Shown piece after piece: positions 13,144 to 27,063 of a DNA stretch of 64,000 nt. How positions within the stretch are numbered: position 1 is the first letter of the stretch; each line of letters begins with the position of its first letter. Below the pieces are notes generated by a model that made no database searches, had not been told where the DNA came from, and saw only the letters and a list, made by a program, of their open reading frames with translations. This DNA comes from Octopus vulgaris (Eukaryota): assembly GCA_951406725.2 (NCBI GenBank), contig OX597836.1, forward strand, positions 6,696,001 through 6,760,000, in the 5' to 3' direction. Position numbers and translations under genes: made by a program.

Positions 13144-13708
13144 TTTCGGAGATCTTTTATAGCTTCAAGGTCTATAAGCTTCGAGCAATCCGTATTAAAT
13201 ATATAAAGCAACTTTCAGGCACAATAGCGGTTTATTTAGACGGAAGGTTGTGGATTTTTTTCGTATCGAATTACGATGAACTGAAAAAAAGTTCTCGCTA
13301 TATTTCACGTTAGGCGTCCAAGGTTGCCTGGCGTTCGAATTAAATTACAGGAGTTAATGAACTGAGTAGATAAAATCCGGGCTACGTATATTTCATAGCA
13401 AGCAGAACCCCAGAAGTGGTAAATATCCAAGTGAGGTATATACTGCAACCTGTTGTTCAGGCCAAGGGCATGTGGATCAAATGAAGGTTTATAGTGTCAC
13501 AAAGAGGTACATATTAACACATGTAAAATTCAGTCAGTGTATATATAAGTTCCCCACCCCATTAACATGATGCCTGGAACCTAGTATAGGTGCCGACTAC
13601 TGCGGCCTCAGTTGACCGGGCTCTTGTGGATGGATTTGCTGGTCGGAAGTTGACTGAAAGAGGACTGTCGTATCTATATGGGCGTGTGTTTACATACATA
13701 CCCACACA

Positions 13709-13762
<54 letters not shown>

Positions 13763-14011
13763 GGCGCAGCAGCATCAAACTCCCTCATTGACCAAATGCC
13801 ACATAACAGAGGAGGTTTCAAATAATGGTGTAGCTCAGTCAACGGTGGTGCTCCAGCATAACCGCAGCTTTAAAGCTGAAGCATCTTTAAATAGCTAAAT
13901 AGTTATATATATATGCCTCCAGTGTCTGGAGGAAGGCGCTCTACTTCGTAGCCTATTATTTGACGTCGTTGACCTGACACTGGTGTCATTACAAATATTG
14001 ATGTTCCACAG

Positions 14012-14360
14012 CAGTGACTTGCAACCGTGCTCCATATTACCCCCCAGGAGTTCATATAAGACATTTCGGGGTCCATGCCAGCAAAAGAGCAAATTGGAGA
14101 TCCCCAGTATTATTTTAAGCTCGTATGAAAGAATTTTGCTGTAGATTTATTTATAGCAAGAAACGAGCTAGGCTTATTTCGCTCACATTTTTACATAGTT
14201 CAACCTACACAAGTTAACGTACGATAAACAAAATAGGATTTTTTAAAGATTTCTATAAAACTAGTTTTTAAACATTGAATGGCTTTGGGGTTCCACCAGA
14301 ATAAAATAATAATCAAAGAGCATTCATAGATAGAAACAAAATATTGTTGAGAATCACTTG
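14012..14360. mobile_element. Degenerate hAT (Charlie-like) non-autonomous element
   Basis: Ends CAGTGACTTGCAACC and GTTGAGAATCACTTG resemble CAGTGGTTCTCAA-type TIRs; subterminal GGGGTCC/GGGGTTCC; no TSD recognisable. Confidence 0.5.
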
Positions 14361-14427
14361 CAGCGTGGAAGGTGTTTGTAAGCCATCACACAAAAGCCGT
14401 TCGATTCACTTCAACATTTAAGTTTAA

Positions 14428-14478
14428 TTTGTCAAAATATTTTCGTCGCTTTAAGACCGCGACCTGTTCACTGACAAA
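14428..14478 (-). ncRNA. Type I hammerhead-like motif with variant core GUGAACA (G3-C8)
   Basis: Minus strand TTTGTCA-GTGAACA-G-GTCGC-GGTCTTAAA-GCGAC-GAAA-ATAT-TT-TGACAAA: 7-bp stem I, 5-bp stem II. Confidence 0.65.
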
Positions 14479-15200
14479 AATCTGTGCTGTTTTACAGCAT
14501 AGCAGAGCACCAAAAAGGGTCGCGTGTTGAATTCTAATCAAACCATGAAGAGAACGGTCGGTCATTAGGGTGCGATCCTAGTTATGATACGGCCGTGCTT
14601 TCGCCCTAGGATATCCAGGTATGACAAATGAAGATGTTTCCACTTAAGGTACCTAGGAACCTTAAGCCCTGTGAGTGTCTGGGATTAAGGGCTGCAACAC
14701 ATACTCTCCGTCATTCTAACAATTTTCCCAGTCAATTACACAACGATGGTATTTTATTTATCAATACCTCAAGAATTAAATGTATGCTTGACCTTGGTGA
14801 GATTCGAAACCAAAACACAAGGAATTGATATATATATATACCAAAATGCATTTCCTCCGACACTCTAATGACTTTGCAGCTTTATTGCCTTAATTTAATT
14901 AATGTAACAGCTGAGTAACTTTCTTACAAGAATCCCCAATACTGCAGACTACGTCGTGCAAATCTGAGATTAATTGAACACACAGGAATAGACGCCATCG
15001 CTCGCGATAGTATATAGACCAACGGCTACCAACCATTTTTTCTACCTACGGACCCCATTGATCCTTATTTTACTCGGATGGACCTTCAGGGTCATTTGAT
15101 GTTTTAAAAGGATCAAATTATATTTTTATAATTATTGATTTAAAAAATTCGTCAATATATTTTTTTTGTATGGCAGAAAAAATATAAACAGTTTATTGTG

Positions 15201-15269
<69 letters not shown>

Positions 15270-15509
15270 TTTTATGCGTTTATACAATTCAGATTTATGA
15301 TTGTGATCATGCTGGAGTACCATTTTGAATTCGTATCCTTAAAACCCAGCCACGCACATTATGCGGCTGGTTTTTCTTAGGTCTTGGGATTTCATATAAC
15401 CATCCTTGTTTGAGAGTTTTCGTGGTTGTCGTTGTCTCATTTGGTAAATGATAGAATCTGACACTGCTGTGCCAGTCTGCACTTAGCTCATCTACATAAA
15501 TATATATGT

Positions 15510-15560
<51 letters not shown>

Positions 15561-15871
15561 CGCACACACACACACACACACAAACACATACACACACATA
15601 CAAATACACACACACGCGCACACAGAAACACACACACAAACGCAGACACATACATAAACAAATGCACACACACATACGCACAAGCACATACACACACAAC
15701 TGTGAAGAATTTAAATTTATTTCAATATATTATAGAATTATTCTAAGACCATTTACACGCCTAATAAGTCTATTATGTAATCATTAATTAGCAAATTTAT
15801 GATAATTGCTTATGAATTTTCAAGCTGATTTTGTACTTATTTGAATATTGCTGTTTTTGCAAATAAATTTC

Positions 15872-15921
<50 letters not shown>

Positions 15922-16063
15922 TCTCTCTCTATCTATTTATTTATCTATTTAGGTAAATGTTTGGCTAAGTAACTAAAATAGATAGATAGATAGAGAGAGA
16001 GAGAGACAGACAGAGAGACAGAGAGAATGATAGAGAAACTACAGATAAACATACATATGTACT

Positions 16064-16107
<44 letters not shown>

Positions 16108-16521
16108 AAAAGAGAGAGAGAGAGAAAGAGAGATAGAGAGAAAGAGAGATAAAAAGAGAGAGAGAGCAGTACAGCTATATATACATACATACATACATAC
16201 AGGCATACACACACATACACACACACATATACATACATACATACATACATACATACATACACACATACACATACATACATACATACATACATACATACAT
16301 ACATACATACATACATACATGCATGCATGCATGCATACATGCATGCATACATACATAGACATTTATAACCTTGATTATAATATAAACGGTTGAGATTTTC
16401 ATAAGATACAATTATATAAAAGACATCGAGAAATTTTGTTAAAGACCGGAAAGACAAAGTCTGAGACTGTGGCTGAGACAATGTGTGTGTGCGTGTGTGA
16501 ATGTGTGTGTATGTATGTGTA

Positions 16522-16565
<44 letters not shown>

Positions 16566-16717
16566 CGTGTGCGCGCGTGTGTGCGAGCGTATATGAGTCT
16601 ATTTAAAGAATATCATACAATCACGAACCATAGAATATATTTCTACTGTTGATTTCTAAGAGAATCATCGAAGTATTTTAGGAAAGAATCAAGAACTATA
16701 TATATACATATATATAC

Positions 16718-16751
<34 letters not shown>

Positions 16752-17195
16752 TTGTATATATACATATTGTCTTCTGTTGGGATAAATTAATCGATTCTTA
16801 TTATGACAATCAATCAAGCTTAACCAAGACTACACAAAAAAAAACAAGACACACACCGTCAAGGACAAACAACTATAGCAACAACACCGACAATAACGAC
16901 AACGACAGCGGCGATGAATAAGACGAGGCTTAAGATGATGGCGCGAATGATGATGGCGATGATGGCGCGAATGATGATGGCGATGATGGCGATGATGGCG
17001 ATGATGATGCGAATGATAATGCCTTCATATGTTTTTAATGTGTGGTGAAAGTCTCCTTGCTCTCCTACATTCATTATTAGATCTATGGCAACGGTTGATT
17101 GGTTCTTTCCTTTGCTTATATATCGTTGGTAGATACTTATACATACATACATATACACACACGTAATTACCATCTTTTCCCTCATCTTCCTATGA

Positions 17196-17226
<31 letters not shown>

Positions 17227-17230
17227 AATA

Positions 17231-17266
<36 letters not shown>

Positions 17267-17373
17267 GTTCATATATAAAATATTTATATAAATATATATT
17301 TATATATACACACATAAACATGATACACACACATATCTATATATGTATACCTATATACATATGTATATCTATG

Positions 17374-17478
<105 letters not shown>

Positions 17479-17490
17479 TATTCTGTTGTG

Positions 17491-17716
17491 TCTGGGGAGA
17501 GTCATTATCTTTTAGTGCCTTATAATTTTAATACATGCACCGGTAAAATTTCCACTCTTTTACTCATTTACTTTTCTAAACTTTTCGTTGTTGACTCCGT
17601 CTGGGATAACAGCTATTGAAAAGGTTGGAAGACGCACCGAAAATTTTAGAAAAATAAGTAGGTAAATGAGTGGAAATTTTACCGGTGCGTGTGTTAAATT
17701 ATAAGGCACTAAAAGA
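17491..17716. mobile_element. Foldback/MITE-like palindromic element near (TA)n
   Basis: CTTTTAGTGCCTTATAATTT..GCACCGGTAAAATTTCCACTC is inverted at 17668-17716; shorter copy at 58999-59135. Confidence 0.8.
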
Positions 17717-17765
17717 CGCAACACAATATACTCGCATAAAGTGTCTTGCAAACCAAATCCCAAAA

Positions 17766-17820
<55 letters not shown>

Positions 17821-17922
17821 GGAGTAAACACATAAATGTGAAACAAGGTGGAAAAAAGAGTACTCAAATACCAGTGGTAGAGTAATATGGTTTATTCAAA
17901 GCAGCAGAAAATTCAACAAAAC

Positions 17923-17960
17923 CTGTTACTCTGAGTTTCCCGTTGCCGTCCATCGGACAG
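17923..17960 (-). ncRNA. Type I hammerhead motif, core mutated
   Basis: Minus strand CTGT-CCGATGG-ACGGCAACGG-GAAA-CTCAGAG-TA-ACAG in a ~150-bp insert flanked by (TA)n on both sides. Confidence 0.55.
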
Positions 17961-17969
17961 TTTTTGCTA

Positions 17970-18033
<64 letters not shown>

Positions 18034-18341
18034 GCTAAGAAGAGATAATATGCTTAATTACATATCACTAACAAATCATGTCCAATCATTCAATCCTTTT
18101 CTCTTATTAATATTTTTGATTAAATTCTACAGATTACTACTTAGACGTAAATCCAGTGACAGGTGTAACCCCACTTTATGGTAGCTGGTACTCACAGAGG
18201 AGTTCTGGAAACAAGGCTCTCAAGTTGCTTTTTTGTTTTCTTTTTCACCCAGAATATATATATATAAAGTGAGAGGGACACACGGACACACATACATACA
18301 TGCATACATACATACATACATACATACATACATACATACAT

Positions 18342-18383
<42 letters not shown>

Positions 18384-18452
18384 GGACAGACAAACAATTA
18401 GACAGAGGAGGAGAGAGTGACTGAATGACAGAGAGAAGCGTATAATCATGTG

Positions 18453-18950
18453 TAGGCGTGGCTGTGTGGTAAACGCTTGCTTCCTAACCACATGGTCCCG
18501 GGTTCAGTGCCACCGCGTGGCACCTTATGCATGTGCCTTTAATTATAGCTTCGGGCCGACCAAAGCCTTGTGAGCGGATTTGGTAGACGGAAACTGAAAA
18601 GAAGCCCGCCGTATAAATATTTATGTGTGTGTGTGTGTGTCTATGTGTCTGTGTTTGTCGCCCCATCACCAACACCCCCACCACCACCTATTTCTTTACT
18701 ACCCACAAGGGGCTAAACACGGAGAGGACAAACAAGGTCAGACAAACAGATTAAGTCGATTATATCGACCCCAGTACATAACTGGTACTTATTTAATCGA
18801 CCCCGAAAGGATGAAAGGCAAAGTCGACCTCGGCGGAATTTGAACTCAGAATGTAACAGCAGACGAAATACCGAAAAGCATTTCGCCCGGCGGGCTAACG
18901 ATTCTGCCAGCTTGCCCCCACCACCACCATCGCTCGACAACCGGTGGGAT
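18453..18950 (+). mobile_element. SINE family A interrupted by a family B insertion
   Basis: Family A resumes (ATCGCTCGACAACCGG) after the B copy. Confidence 0.85.
18689..18914 (-). mobile_element. SINE family B (Meta-domain-like), full length, 14-bp TSD
   Basis: A box CTGGCAGAATCGTTAG, B box GAGTTCAAATTCC, GTCGACTTTGCCTTTCATCCTTTCGGGGTCGAT; flanked by CCCCCACCACCACC at 18675 and 18915. Confidence 0.9.
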
Positions 18951-19336
18951 TTACTACTTTTGGAAAATGCTCAACTGTTGTACTACACTTCATCTGAAGA
19001 AGCTGGAGATACGATAGTTTGACCAAAAGAACTGGCTATTGCAAACAAAAATAAATACTAAAACGCATTTGGCCAACATAATAACAACGATATATAAACA
19101 GCACTGGCCAAAAGACACTCGACAAAATTCCATAAATACTTAATATTCAATTTTATTTATTCATTTCCAATTATGAATGTTTAATAATTGAATGTTTTGA
19201 GTCAAAATCACCGGCTTTTTTTCAACATTTGTCGATTTATTAGCGAAGTCTATTCAGGTGTAAAACAAATAAATCTTGGAATTAAATTGGGTTTTGATTT
19301 ACTGTCAGGTGGCTTTTGGTCAACCATATGTGTGTA

Positions 19337-19377
<41 letters not shown>

Positions 19378-20458
19378 TGGATAACGTTCATGCTGGGGCA
19401 AAGTTTGAAGGGTTTCGTCGAACACATTGACACCTGAGCATATTATTCTATTGAACTCTTTTTGCCGATCCACTAAGTAACAGTAACCTAAACAAACAAC
19501 ACCGGTTGTCAAGAGTTATGGCTGGGTGTCAGTACACTCACAAAGACATACATATAAGTGTGCGTGTGTGTGTTTGTAGATATGTGGGGGGGTGTATACA
19601 TTGCTATACACACAGTCCCTTTCGTTTATTGAGGGGGCCAAATAAACTATATACTTCTTCATCACTTTATCATGGTTCTTATTTTCGTGGTCTTTACCTG
19701 AAATCTTTCGTCACACATCCTGTGGCCTCGTCACTGACTCTCCATCCCACATCCAACGTATCTCCTGTCCTGTTTAGTCCATATATATATATATATAACT
19801 TTGATAGGTTTCCACCAGTATAGGCCTCGGTCATATCTAACTCAGTAGCACCATACATATATATATATACATATATATATACACATACAGATATATACAC
19901 ATATATATACATATATATAGAGGCACAAAAATACACACACACACACATACACATACATACATATATATATATATATATACACGCACACACATATATATGT
20001 GTGTGTGTGTGTATGGGACCACGGGTTGTGCCTGTAGGGGCAAGCCATTTCATGTCTCATTCTCCCAGCTTACTCACCGTCCTTACCAACTGTCACACGA
20101 CTGATATGTGTATATGTATGATCGTATATGTGTGTGTCAGTGTGTGTATATCAATACAAATCCATCCAAATGTATATAAGTAGTATGCATACAAAAATCA
20201 CCTCTCCCGACACATCCCCATCACAAATATCGTTCTTTCATAGAATCTTTTAAATATCTTTCATTAATAATGGAATATTTGTTATTGGCAGCTCTTTCAC
20301 ATTTCCGCTTTTTGTTTTCCAAAACCGTTGACATATATCTGTTAATATATGCACACATATGCGGGCTTGCTTATACAGGCACACCCACACACACACACAC
20401 ATGCACAGCTATATATATATACACATATATATATATGTATGTATGTTGTATGTATGTA

Positions 20459-20523
<65 letters not shown>

Positions 20524-20943
20524 TTATATATATATGTGTGTGTGTATGAGTATATATATCGATCCAGATAGATAAATTGATAGATAGATAGATATTACAT
20601 ACAAATGTGTATACGTGTGTGAGTGTGTGTGTGTGTGTGTATGTACACCTACATACTTTCTATTGGAAAGAGACGACATCTATCATCCCACGCAAGTTTT
20701 TTTATTTTACCAATGTGTGTGTGCGCGTATGTATGTGTTTGTGTGTACACATGTGTATGTACTTGTGAACACGTGTGTATGTTTGTGAACGCATCAGTGT
20801 GCGTGTCAACATGTGTGTGTGTGTGTGTGTGTTTGCGAATGTATACACGCGTTTACACAAATACACACACAGACGTGTTTATAATATATCACATATAATA
20901 TTTATCTATATTAATACACACATTCAAACCCACATACACATAC

Positions 20944-20974
<31 letters not shown>

Positions 20975-20975
20975 C

Positions 20976-21025
<50 letters not shown>

Positions 21026-21797
21026 GTGTGTATATTTATATATATATATATATATATATACATATATTCTCGTGTGTGCATCTATAAACGTATATATATA
21101 TATATATATATATTATTTAGATATATGCATAATATATATGTGTATACCCTTGTCTACATATATGCCCGTACACTCACACACACACACACACAGACATACA
21201 CACTCACACACATATACATACGCATACATTCGTGTGCGTGTATATGTGTAGTACGGTGGGGGTTCTCTAACAACACCAATGAGCTCGCTACGCGTTCATA
21301 CATTATGGGTAATAAATAGCAAATGGTTCAATATTTTAAATACACTTTGATAAGTTGGCAGAAAACCATAGATTTTTCGAGAAGAATACAGGTCATTCAC
21401 TTGACCCTTACTTATTGATTTCTACATATTTTACTGACCTTTCGTTTCTGCAGGGCAAGTATTTTTCCCCTGGCGTAAAATATGTAAAGGGACGTAACTA
21501 TAAATCGTAATATCCTTCGTCCGGCAATCTACTTATCTTAATAATTACAGATTTGATAAATATTAATCTTTGTTTATCACGCTTTGTGAGGAGCACCAAA
21601 AGATTAATTCATTTAACACTGTTTGATGAATTAATGATAAATGTATAGAACACGTAGGGAAAATAGGGTTCGATTTCTGAACCCTCATGTTGTCCCCTTA
21701 ACTTATCTAAATATCACCTCTAAATAGGTTAAATAGGGTATTGTTTCATGGTTAGAATAATATTTAGAGTAAAATATATCATACGATAAGTAAATTA

Positions 21798-21944
21798 TTA
21801 AATAATAGAATATCATCGCGGACCCGTGTTTTTACAGATCAGCTCGTGATAAACGTAACATGGTTCACTATACAGGGTACCGAGTTATCTTGGTTATGTG
21901 ATAAGGGACCAGTGATAAAGTATGATAAGTATTTTATTATTTAA
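21798..21944. repeat. Small element with imperfect ~16-bp terminal inverted repeats
   Basis: TTAAATAATAGAATAT ... GTATTTTATTATTTAA. Confidence 0.4.
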
Positions 21945-22174
21945 TACCAATCATTTTTAAACGGGTGGAAGATCATTATTTAGTGTTTAGGGGCGCTGGG
22001 CAGGGCCTGCTTAACGTTATTATACGCCCCAGGGCAAATCCGTGCACCAAGTCCTAGAGTATCTATTTATAGCCAGCAAGCCACAGCATAAATCAATTAG
22101 AAATGGGCCCTTAGGCCCGTGAGATCCGTGCTACCCGTGAGGCCCGTGAGGTTCCTGGGTAACGTCTCAGAGTT

Positions 22175-22432
22175 AAGGTGAAGTTACCTTCTCGAGCCAT
22201 GCAAGGCTCCTAAGGGCCGGTTGCCCGGCGTCATGGCGTATAAGTTCCCCACCTGGATGGGGCGCCAGTCCGTCGCAAGGTTACTCATTTTGGCCAACTG
22301 AGTGGACTGGAGCAAGGTGAAATGAAGTGATTTGCTCAAGATATACAATGCATCGCCCGGTCCAGGAATCGAAACCACTGTCTTATGATCATGGTTCCAA
22401 CCCCCTAACCACTAAGCCATGCGCTTCCACTC
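22175..22432 (-). mobile_element. SINE family D with V-domain-like tail, 9-bp TSD
   Basis: tRNA head, then CCTTGCGACGGACTGGCGCCCCATCCAGG; CTCAGAGTT at 22166 and 22433. Confidence 0.85.
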
Positions 22433-22859
22433 CTCAGAGTTCCCATACCTGATGGCACCAGCACTGGTCTCACAATCTTTGATCTTCAGAGTGGGACCAC
22501 GGGTTGTGCCTGCAGGGGAAAGCCATTTCACTTCTTCCAGCCGGATGCTGGCGCTCCTCACCGTCCTTACATGATCGATGTATTACTGGAAGAAATGTCT
22601 GAAGGCTGAGAGGGTGCTTAAGTCTGCTCGCCACTAGATAGACCCTTCCCACAAAAACAATTAGGGGATTGTATCCATAAATCTTTTCGTTAGACTTGTG
22701 CTCCGTCTTAAGGTGCTTTGAGCCTCACCTCCCCATCACTTTACGTTTCATGAAGAGCTTGATGTCCTTACTATTAGCGCGAAAACAAGCCTTAACTTTC
22801 AAAATGTTTAACAGTTCAGGGTACTTAAATAGACTCGCAAGAATCACTCCTTAATAATT

Positions 22860-23060
22860 ACAGAATCGTAAGTACGCCGGATGTAGTGCTTATAGACATT
22901 TCGTCAATCTTTACGTTCAAATTCCACCGAGGTCGGCTTTATCTTTCATCCCTTTCGGGGGTCGATAAAATAAGTACCAGTTGCCCACTGAGCTCGATAT
23001 AATCGACTTGTTCCCGCACTCGAAATTATTGACCTGGAGCCAAAAATTTGAAACCAGTAA
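22860..23060 (+). mobile_element. SINE family B
   Basis: TTCAAATTCCACCGAGGTCGGC..TTTCATCCC..GGGGTCGATAAAATAAGTACCAG. Confidence 0.75.
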
Positions 23061-23082
23061 TTTCAAACTGTGTAAATCGAAG

Positions 23083-23243
23083 GGCGCGGGAGTGGCCGTG
23101 TTGTAAATAGCTTGCTTACCAGCCACATGGTTCCAGGTTCAGTCCCACTGCCTGGCACCTTGGGCAAGTGTCTTCTTCTGTAGCCGAGGGCTGACCAAAC
23201 CTTTATGAATAGATTTGACATACGAAACTGAAAAAGGCCCGTC

Positions 23244-23280
<37 letters not shown>

Positions 23281-23412
23281 CGTGTATGTATGTGTGTATG
23301 TTTGTGTCTTGTTTGTTCCCCTCCCCATTGCTTGACAACCGATGCTGGTGTGTTTACGTCCCCATAACTTAGCGGTTCAGCAAAAGAGATCAATAGTATA
23401 AGTACTAGGCTT
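23083..23412 (+). mobile_element. SINE family A with internal (GT)n, 3' truncated
   Basis: Family A head, body and first part of tail. Confidence 0.9.
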
Positions 23413-23591
23413 GAAGGGGCTTTCAAAATTACCTTTCAATTACGTATGTACTCCCTAAAACAAACTCTTTTAATACCAAATAGATTCTTTCTTCAAATTG
23501 ACCCCTAAAACAGCAGAACAGAAAATCGTTTCTTTCATATAAGAAACTACGTACCACAGCCATCACCTTCCCTCTCCTCACACTCATTCAC

Positions 23592-23629
<38 letters not shown>

Positions 23630-23669
23630 ACTCTCTTTCTCTCTTTCTCTGTCTCTGTCTGTCTGCCTC

Positions 23670-23715
<46 letters not shown>

Positions 23716-23777
23716 TCTCTCACTCTCTCTTTCACTCTCTTTCTCTCTTTCTCTGTCTCTGTCTGTCTGTCTCTGTA

Positions 23778-23828
<51 letters not shown>

Positions 23829-24282
23829 CACACATACAGAGAAATAAACTTACAATTTCGCTGTCTAAACCCGAATTACTTAGCCATAAACTGACAGAGG
23901 TGTCCTGTGGATCACAGCACACCTCTGTTACGCTACACTGGTTAAAGAGATATACAGGAATACAGAGACTGTCACAGAACAACGACACCGCATCATCAAC
24001 ACCTGGGTTACACATACATACATACATGCACACATACATACATTCATACATACATACATACATACATACATACATACATACATACATACATACATACCTG
24101 AATGCACACATACATACATACATACATGCATAAATACATACATACATACATACATACATACATACATACATACATACATACATACATACATACATACATA
24201 CAGTCATACATACATATATATATATTGAATCACAGAAACATATGCACGCGCATAGACTTAAATACATACACACATGTATATA

Positions 24283-24336
<54 letters not shown>

Positions 24337-24437
24337 TAAAGAGAGAGAGATAGAGATAGAGATATAGATATAGATATAGAGATATAGATATGTGTGTGTT
24401 TGTATGAATGTGTATATCTATCTATATATACATATAT

Positions 24438-24495
<58 letters not shown>

Positions 24496-24501
24496 TACAT
24501 A

Positions 24502-24596
<95 letters not shown>

Positions 24597-24774
24597 TCAC
24601 ACATGTATATATTGTATTGTTCTAGAGAATGTTTAAGAAACCATAAGAAAATTATGAATTTGTTTTAAAATTTTGAGATTACAGAGACAGTATTTTACGT
24701 AAGATATTGGCTGTTCCCATTAGCACTATCTTTTGAATTTCTGCCAAGTTCTTTTGTTGTTGTTGTTGTTGTTG

Positions 24775-24857
<83 letters not shown>

Positions 24858-24858
<1 letters not shown>

Positions 24859-25210
24859 AAGCGGTGAGCTGGTAGAATCGGTAGGATGTCGGGCGAAATA
24901 CTTAGCCGCATTTTGCCTGTCTTCACGTTCTGAGTTCAAATTCCACCGAGTTTAAATTTGCCTTTTATTTGGGGGACGATGTAATCGATGTACTGACCCT
25001 CCCCTCTGAAACTGCTGGTTTCGTACGAAAATTTGGGGCCAATTTAGGAGATGGCCAGCATATTCGTGGATAGGGTGTTAGTACATCAATTGCAGTCCTT
25101 GACTGGCGCTTCCTTTCATCAACACCAGGGGGATGATAGGTAAAGTTGACCTCCTCGGGAATATAGAACCGGAACAAATAATGCAAGGCAGTTTGTTCGA
25201 CGCACCGACG
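24858..25210. mobile_element. Two SINE family B copies in opposite orientation (24858-25040 +, ~25070-25210 -)
   Basis: GCGGTGAGCTGGTAGAATCG..GAGTTCAAATTCC, followed by a degenerate reverse copy. Confidence 0.65.
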
Positions 25211-25714
25211 ACTCTTCCATAATACTAATAATAGTTTGTTTTTTTTTTAATAAAAATGAGGTCTGAAATGCGGGGAAGGGAGACGAAAGAGAGAATCAGA
25301 TCGATATCTTTACGTATCGATCTATAAACGATGAAAGAGAAAGTCAGTGACCTGGTGGGATTTGAACCGATAACACAAGACATTCCGTCTGTAGGTTTAG
25401 ATATATGTCGTCCACTAATTCACCCGTATTAGATGCACCTCAACAACAACAACAACAACAACGTGAATAAAATCGAGGCAAGCAAAGAGTCAAGGACTTG
25501 TTTCATAAACAAGGCAGTATCATGGCGGTTACTGGGCTATTACAAGAGTGTGTTTGCGGGTGTGTGTGAGTGTGTGCTTGCTCATATATATATATATATC
25601 TACATATAGTTAATCCAAACAAGAAAACGCAAAAAAACAAAAAAAACACAGCAACGCGAGGACGTGGAACAAATATAGTATTATTCGACGCTCAGGAAAG
25701 AAGGGAAGAAGGGG

Positions 25715-25749
25715 GTTTAACGTTTCGAGCGGAGCTCTTCGTCGGAAAC
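25715..25749 (-). ncRNA. Type I minimal hammerhead motif in a Penelope-like fragment (~25610-25830)
   Basis: Minus strand GTTT-CCGACGA-A-GAGC-TCC-GCTC-GAAAC-GTT-AAAC; U4C change in core. Confidence 0.7.
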
Positions 25750-25837
25750 AAAGGAGAAGGAAAGATCCCGAGAAGGGAAGACAGAGGAAAAAAAATCGCC
25801 AGCGCTACTCACGAGGTCACATATTGAAATATACGTA

Positions 25838-26005
25838 TTTCTTTACTACCCACAAGGGGCTAAACACAGAGGGGACAAACAAGGACAGACAAACGGATTA
25901 AGTCGATTATATCGACTCCAGTGCGTAACTGGTACATAGTTAATCGACCCCGAAAGGATGAAAGGCAAAGTCGACCTCGGCGGAATTTGAACTCAGAACG
26001 CGGCG
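25838..26005 (-). mobile_element. SINE family B (L1/Tx1-like tail), 5' truncated
   Basis: Nearly identical to the corresponding part of 18689-18914. Confidence 0.9.
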
Positions 26006-26007
26006 AT

Positions 26008-26127
26008 ACGACGGGTTTCTTTCATTTTCCGTCTGCTAAATTCAGTCACAAGGCTTTGGTCGGCCAGAGGCTATAGAAGAAGAAACTTACTGAATGTGCC
26101 ACGCAGCGGGACTGAACCCCGAACCAT
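26008..26127 (-). mobile_element. SINE family A 5' half
   Basis: Reverse complement of family A. Confidence 0.85.
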
Positions 26128-26504
26128 GTGGTTGGGAAGCAAGCTTTTTACCACACAGCCATTCCTTCGGTACAGACAGAAATTCTCACTAAGAGAGAGA
26201 AGGAGAGAGTTTGAAAGAGGAAAACCGACACACACACACACACACACACACACAGAATACCATCAATGTATGAGAATTAAAACTGTATTTGTGTGTGTGT
26301 GTGTGTAATTACTTATTCATGAATATTCTGTGTGTTTGTGTGCAAAGGCGTTTGTGTAATGTGTGTGAGTGCGAATGCTTGTTGGGGTTATTACGTCTGT
26401 ATCCATGGTAACAGTAGTAGGCTTACATCAAATAACGATTATGAGGGGCCCACGATGGCTGCAGTGGCGCCGGCAGAGATGACGATGGTGATGTAGGATG
26501 TGGT

Positions 26505-27063
26505 GTTGGCGGTGGCGGTGGTGGTGGTGGTGGTGGTGGTGGTGGTGGTAGTGATGGTAGTGGTGGTGGTGGTGTGGCGGCGGAATGATACCGGTGGTGG
26601 TGGTAGGGTTGTAAGTGATTGTCAGCGTGGAGATGGTTGATAGCGGTTGTGGTGGTGGTGGTGGTAGTGGTGGTGGTGGTGGTGGTGGTGGTGGTGGTGG
26701 TGGTGGTGGTGGTGGTGGTGGTAGTGGTGGTGGTCGTGGTGGTGGTGGTGGTAGTGGTGGTGGTGGTGGTGGTGGTGGTAGTGGTGGTAGTGGTGGTGGT
26801 GGTGGTGGTCGTCGTGGTGGTGGTGGTGGTAATGGTGGTGGTGGTGGTGGTCGTCGTCGTGGTGGTGGTGGTGGTGGTAATGGTGGTGGTGGTGGTGATT
26901 GTGGTATTGGTGATGGTGATTGTTGTGGGAGGTTAAGGTGCTGGCATTGGTGGAGGAGGAGGTGCTGGTGGTGTTGGTGCTGGTGGTGTTGGTGGTGGTG
27001 GTGGTGGTGGTGGTGGTGGTGGTGGTGGTGGTGGTGGTGGTGGTGGGGTGGTAGTAGTAGTGG
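26505..27063. repeat. Long imperfect (GGT)n trinucleotide repeat
   Basis: Direct reading; explains the poly-G/V/W/H/T ORFs. Confidence 0.95.

Noticed and set aside
16870-17020. Asp-rich DDG repeat resembling an acidic matrix protein
   Set aside because: In-frame TAA stops lie just upstream; better explained as a GATGATGGC simple repeat
22450-22495. HHR-like CTGAAGA..GAGAC..GTG on the minus strand (similar case at 43649)
   Set aside because: GAAA box is altered and stems do not pair convincingly
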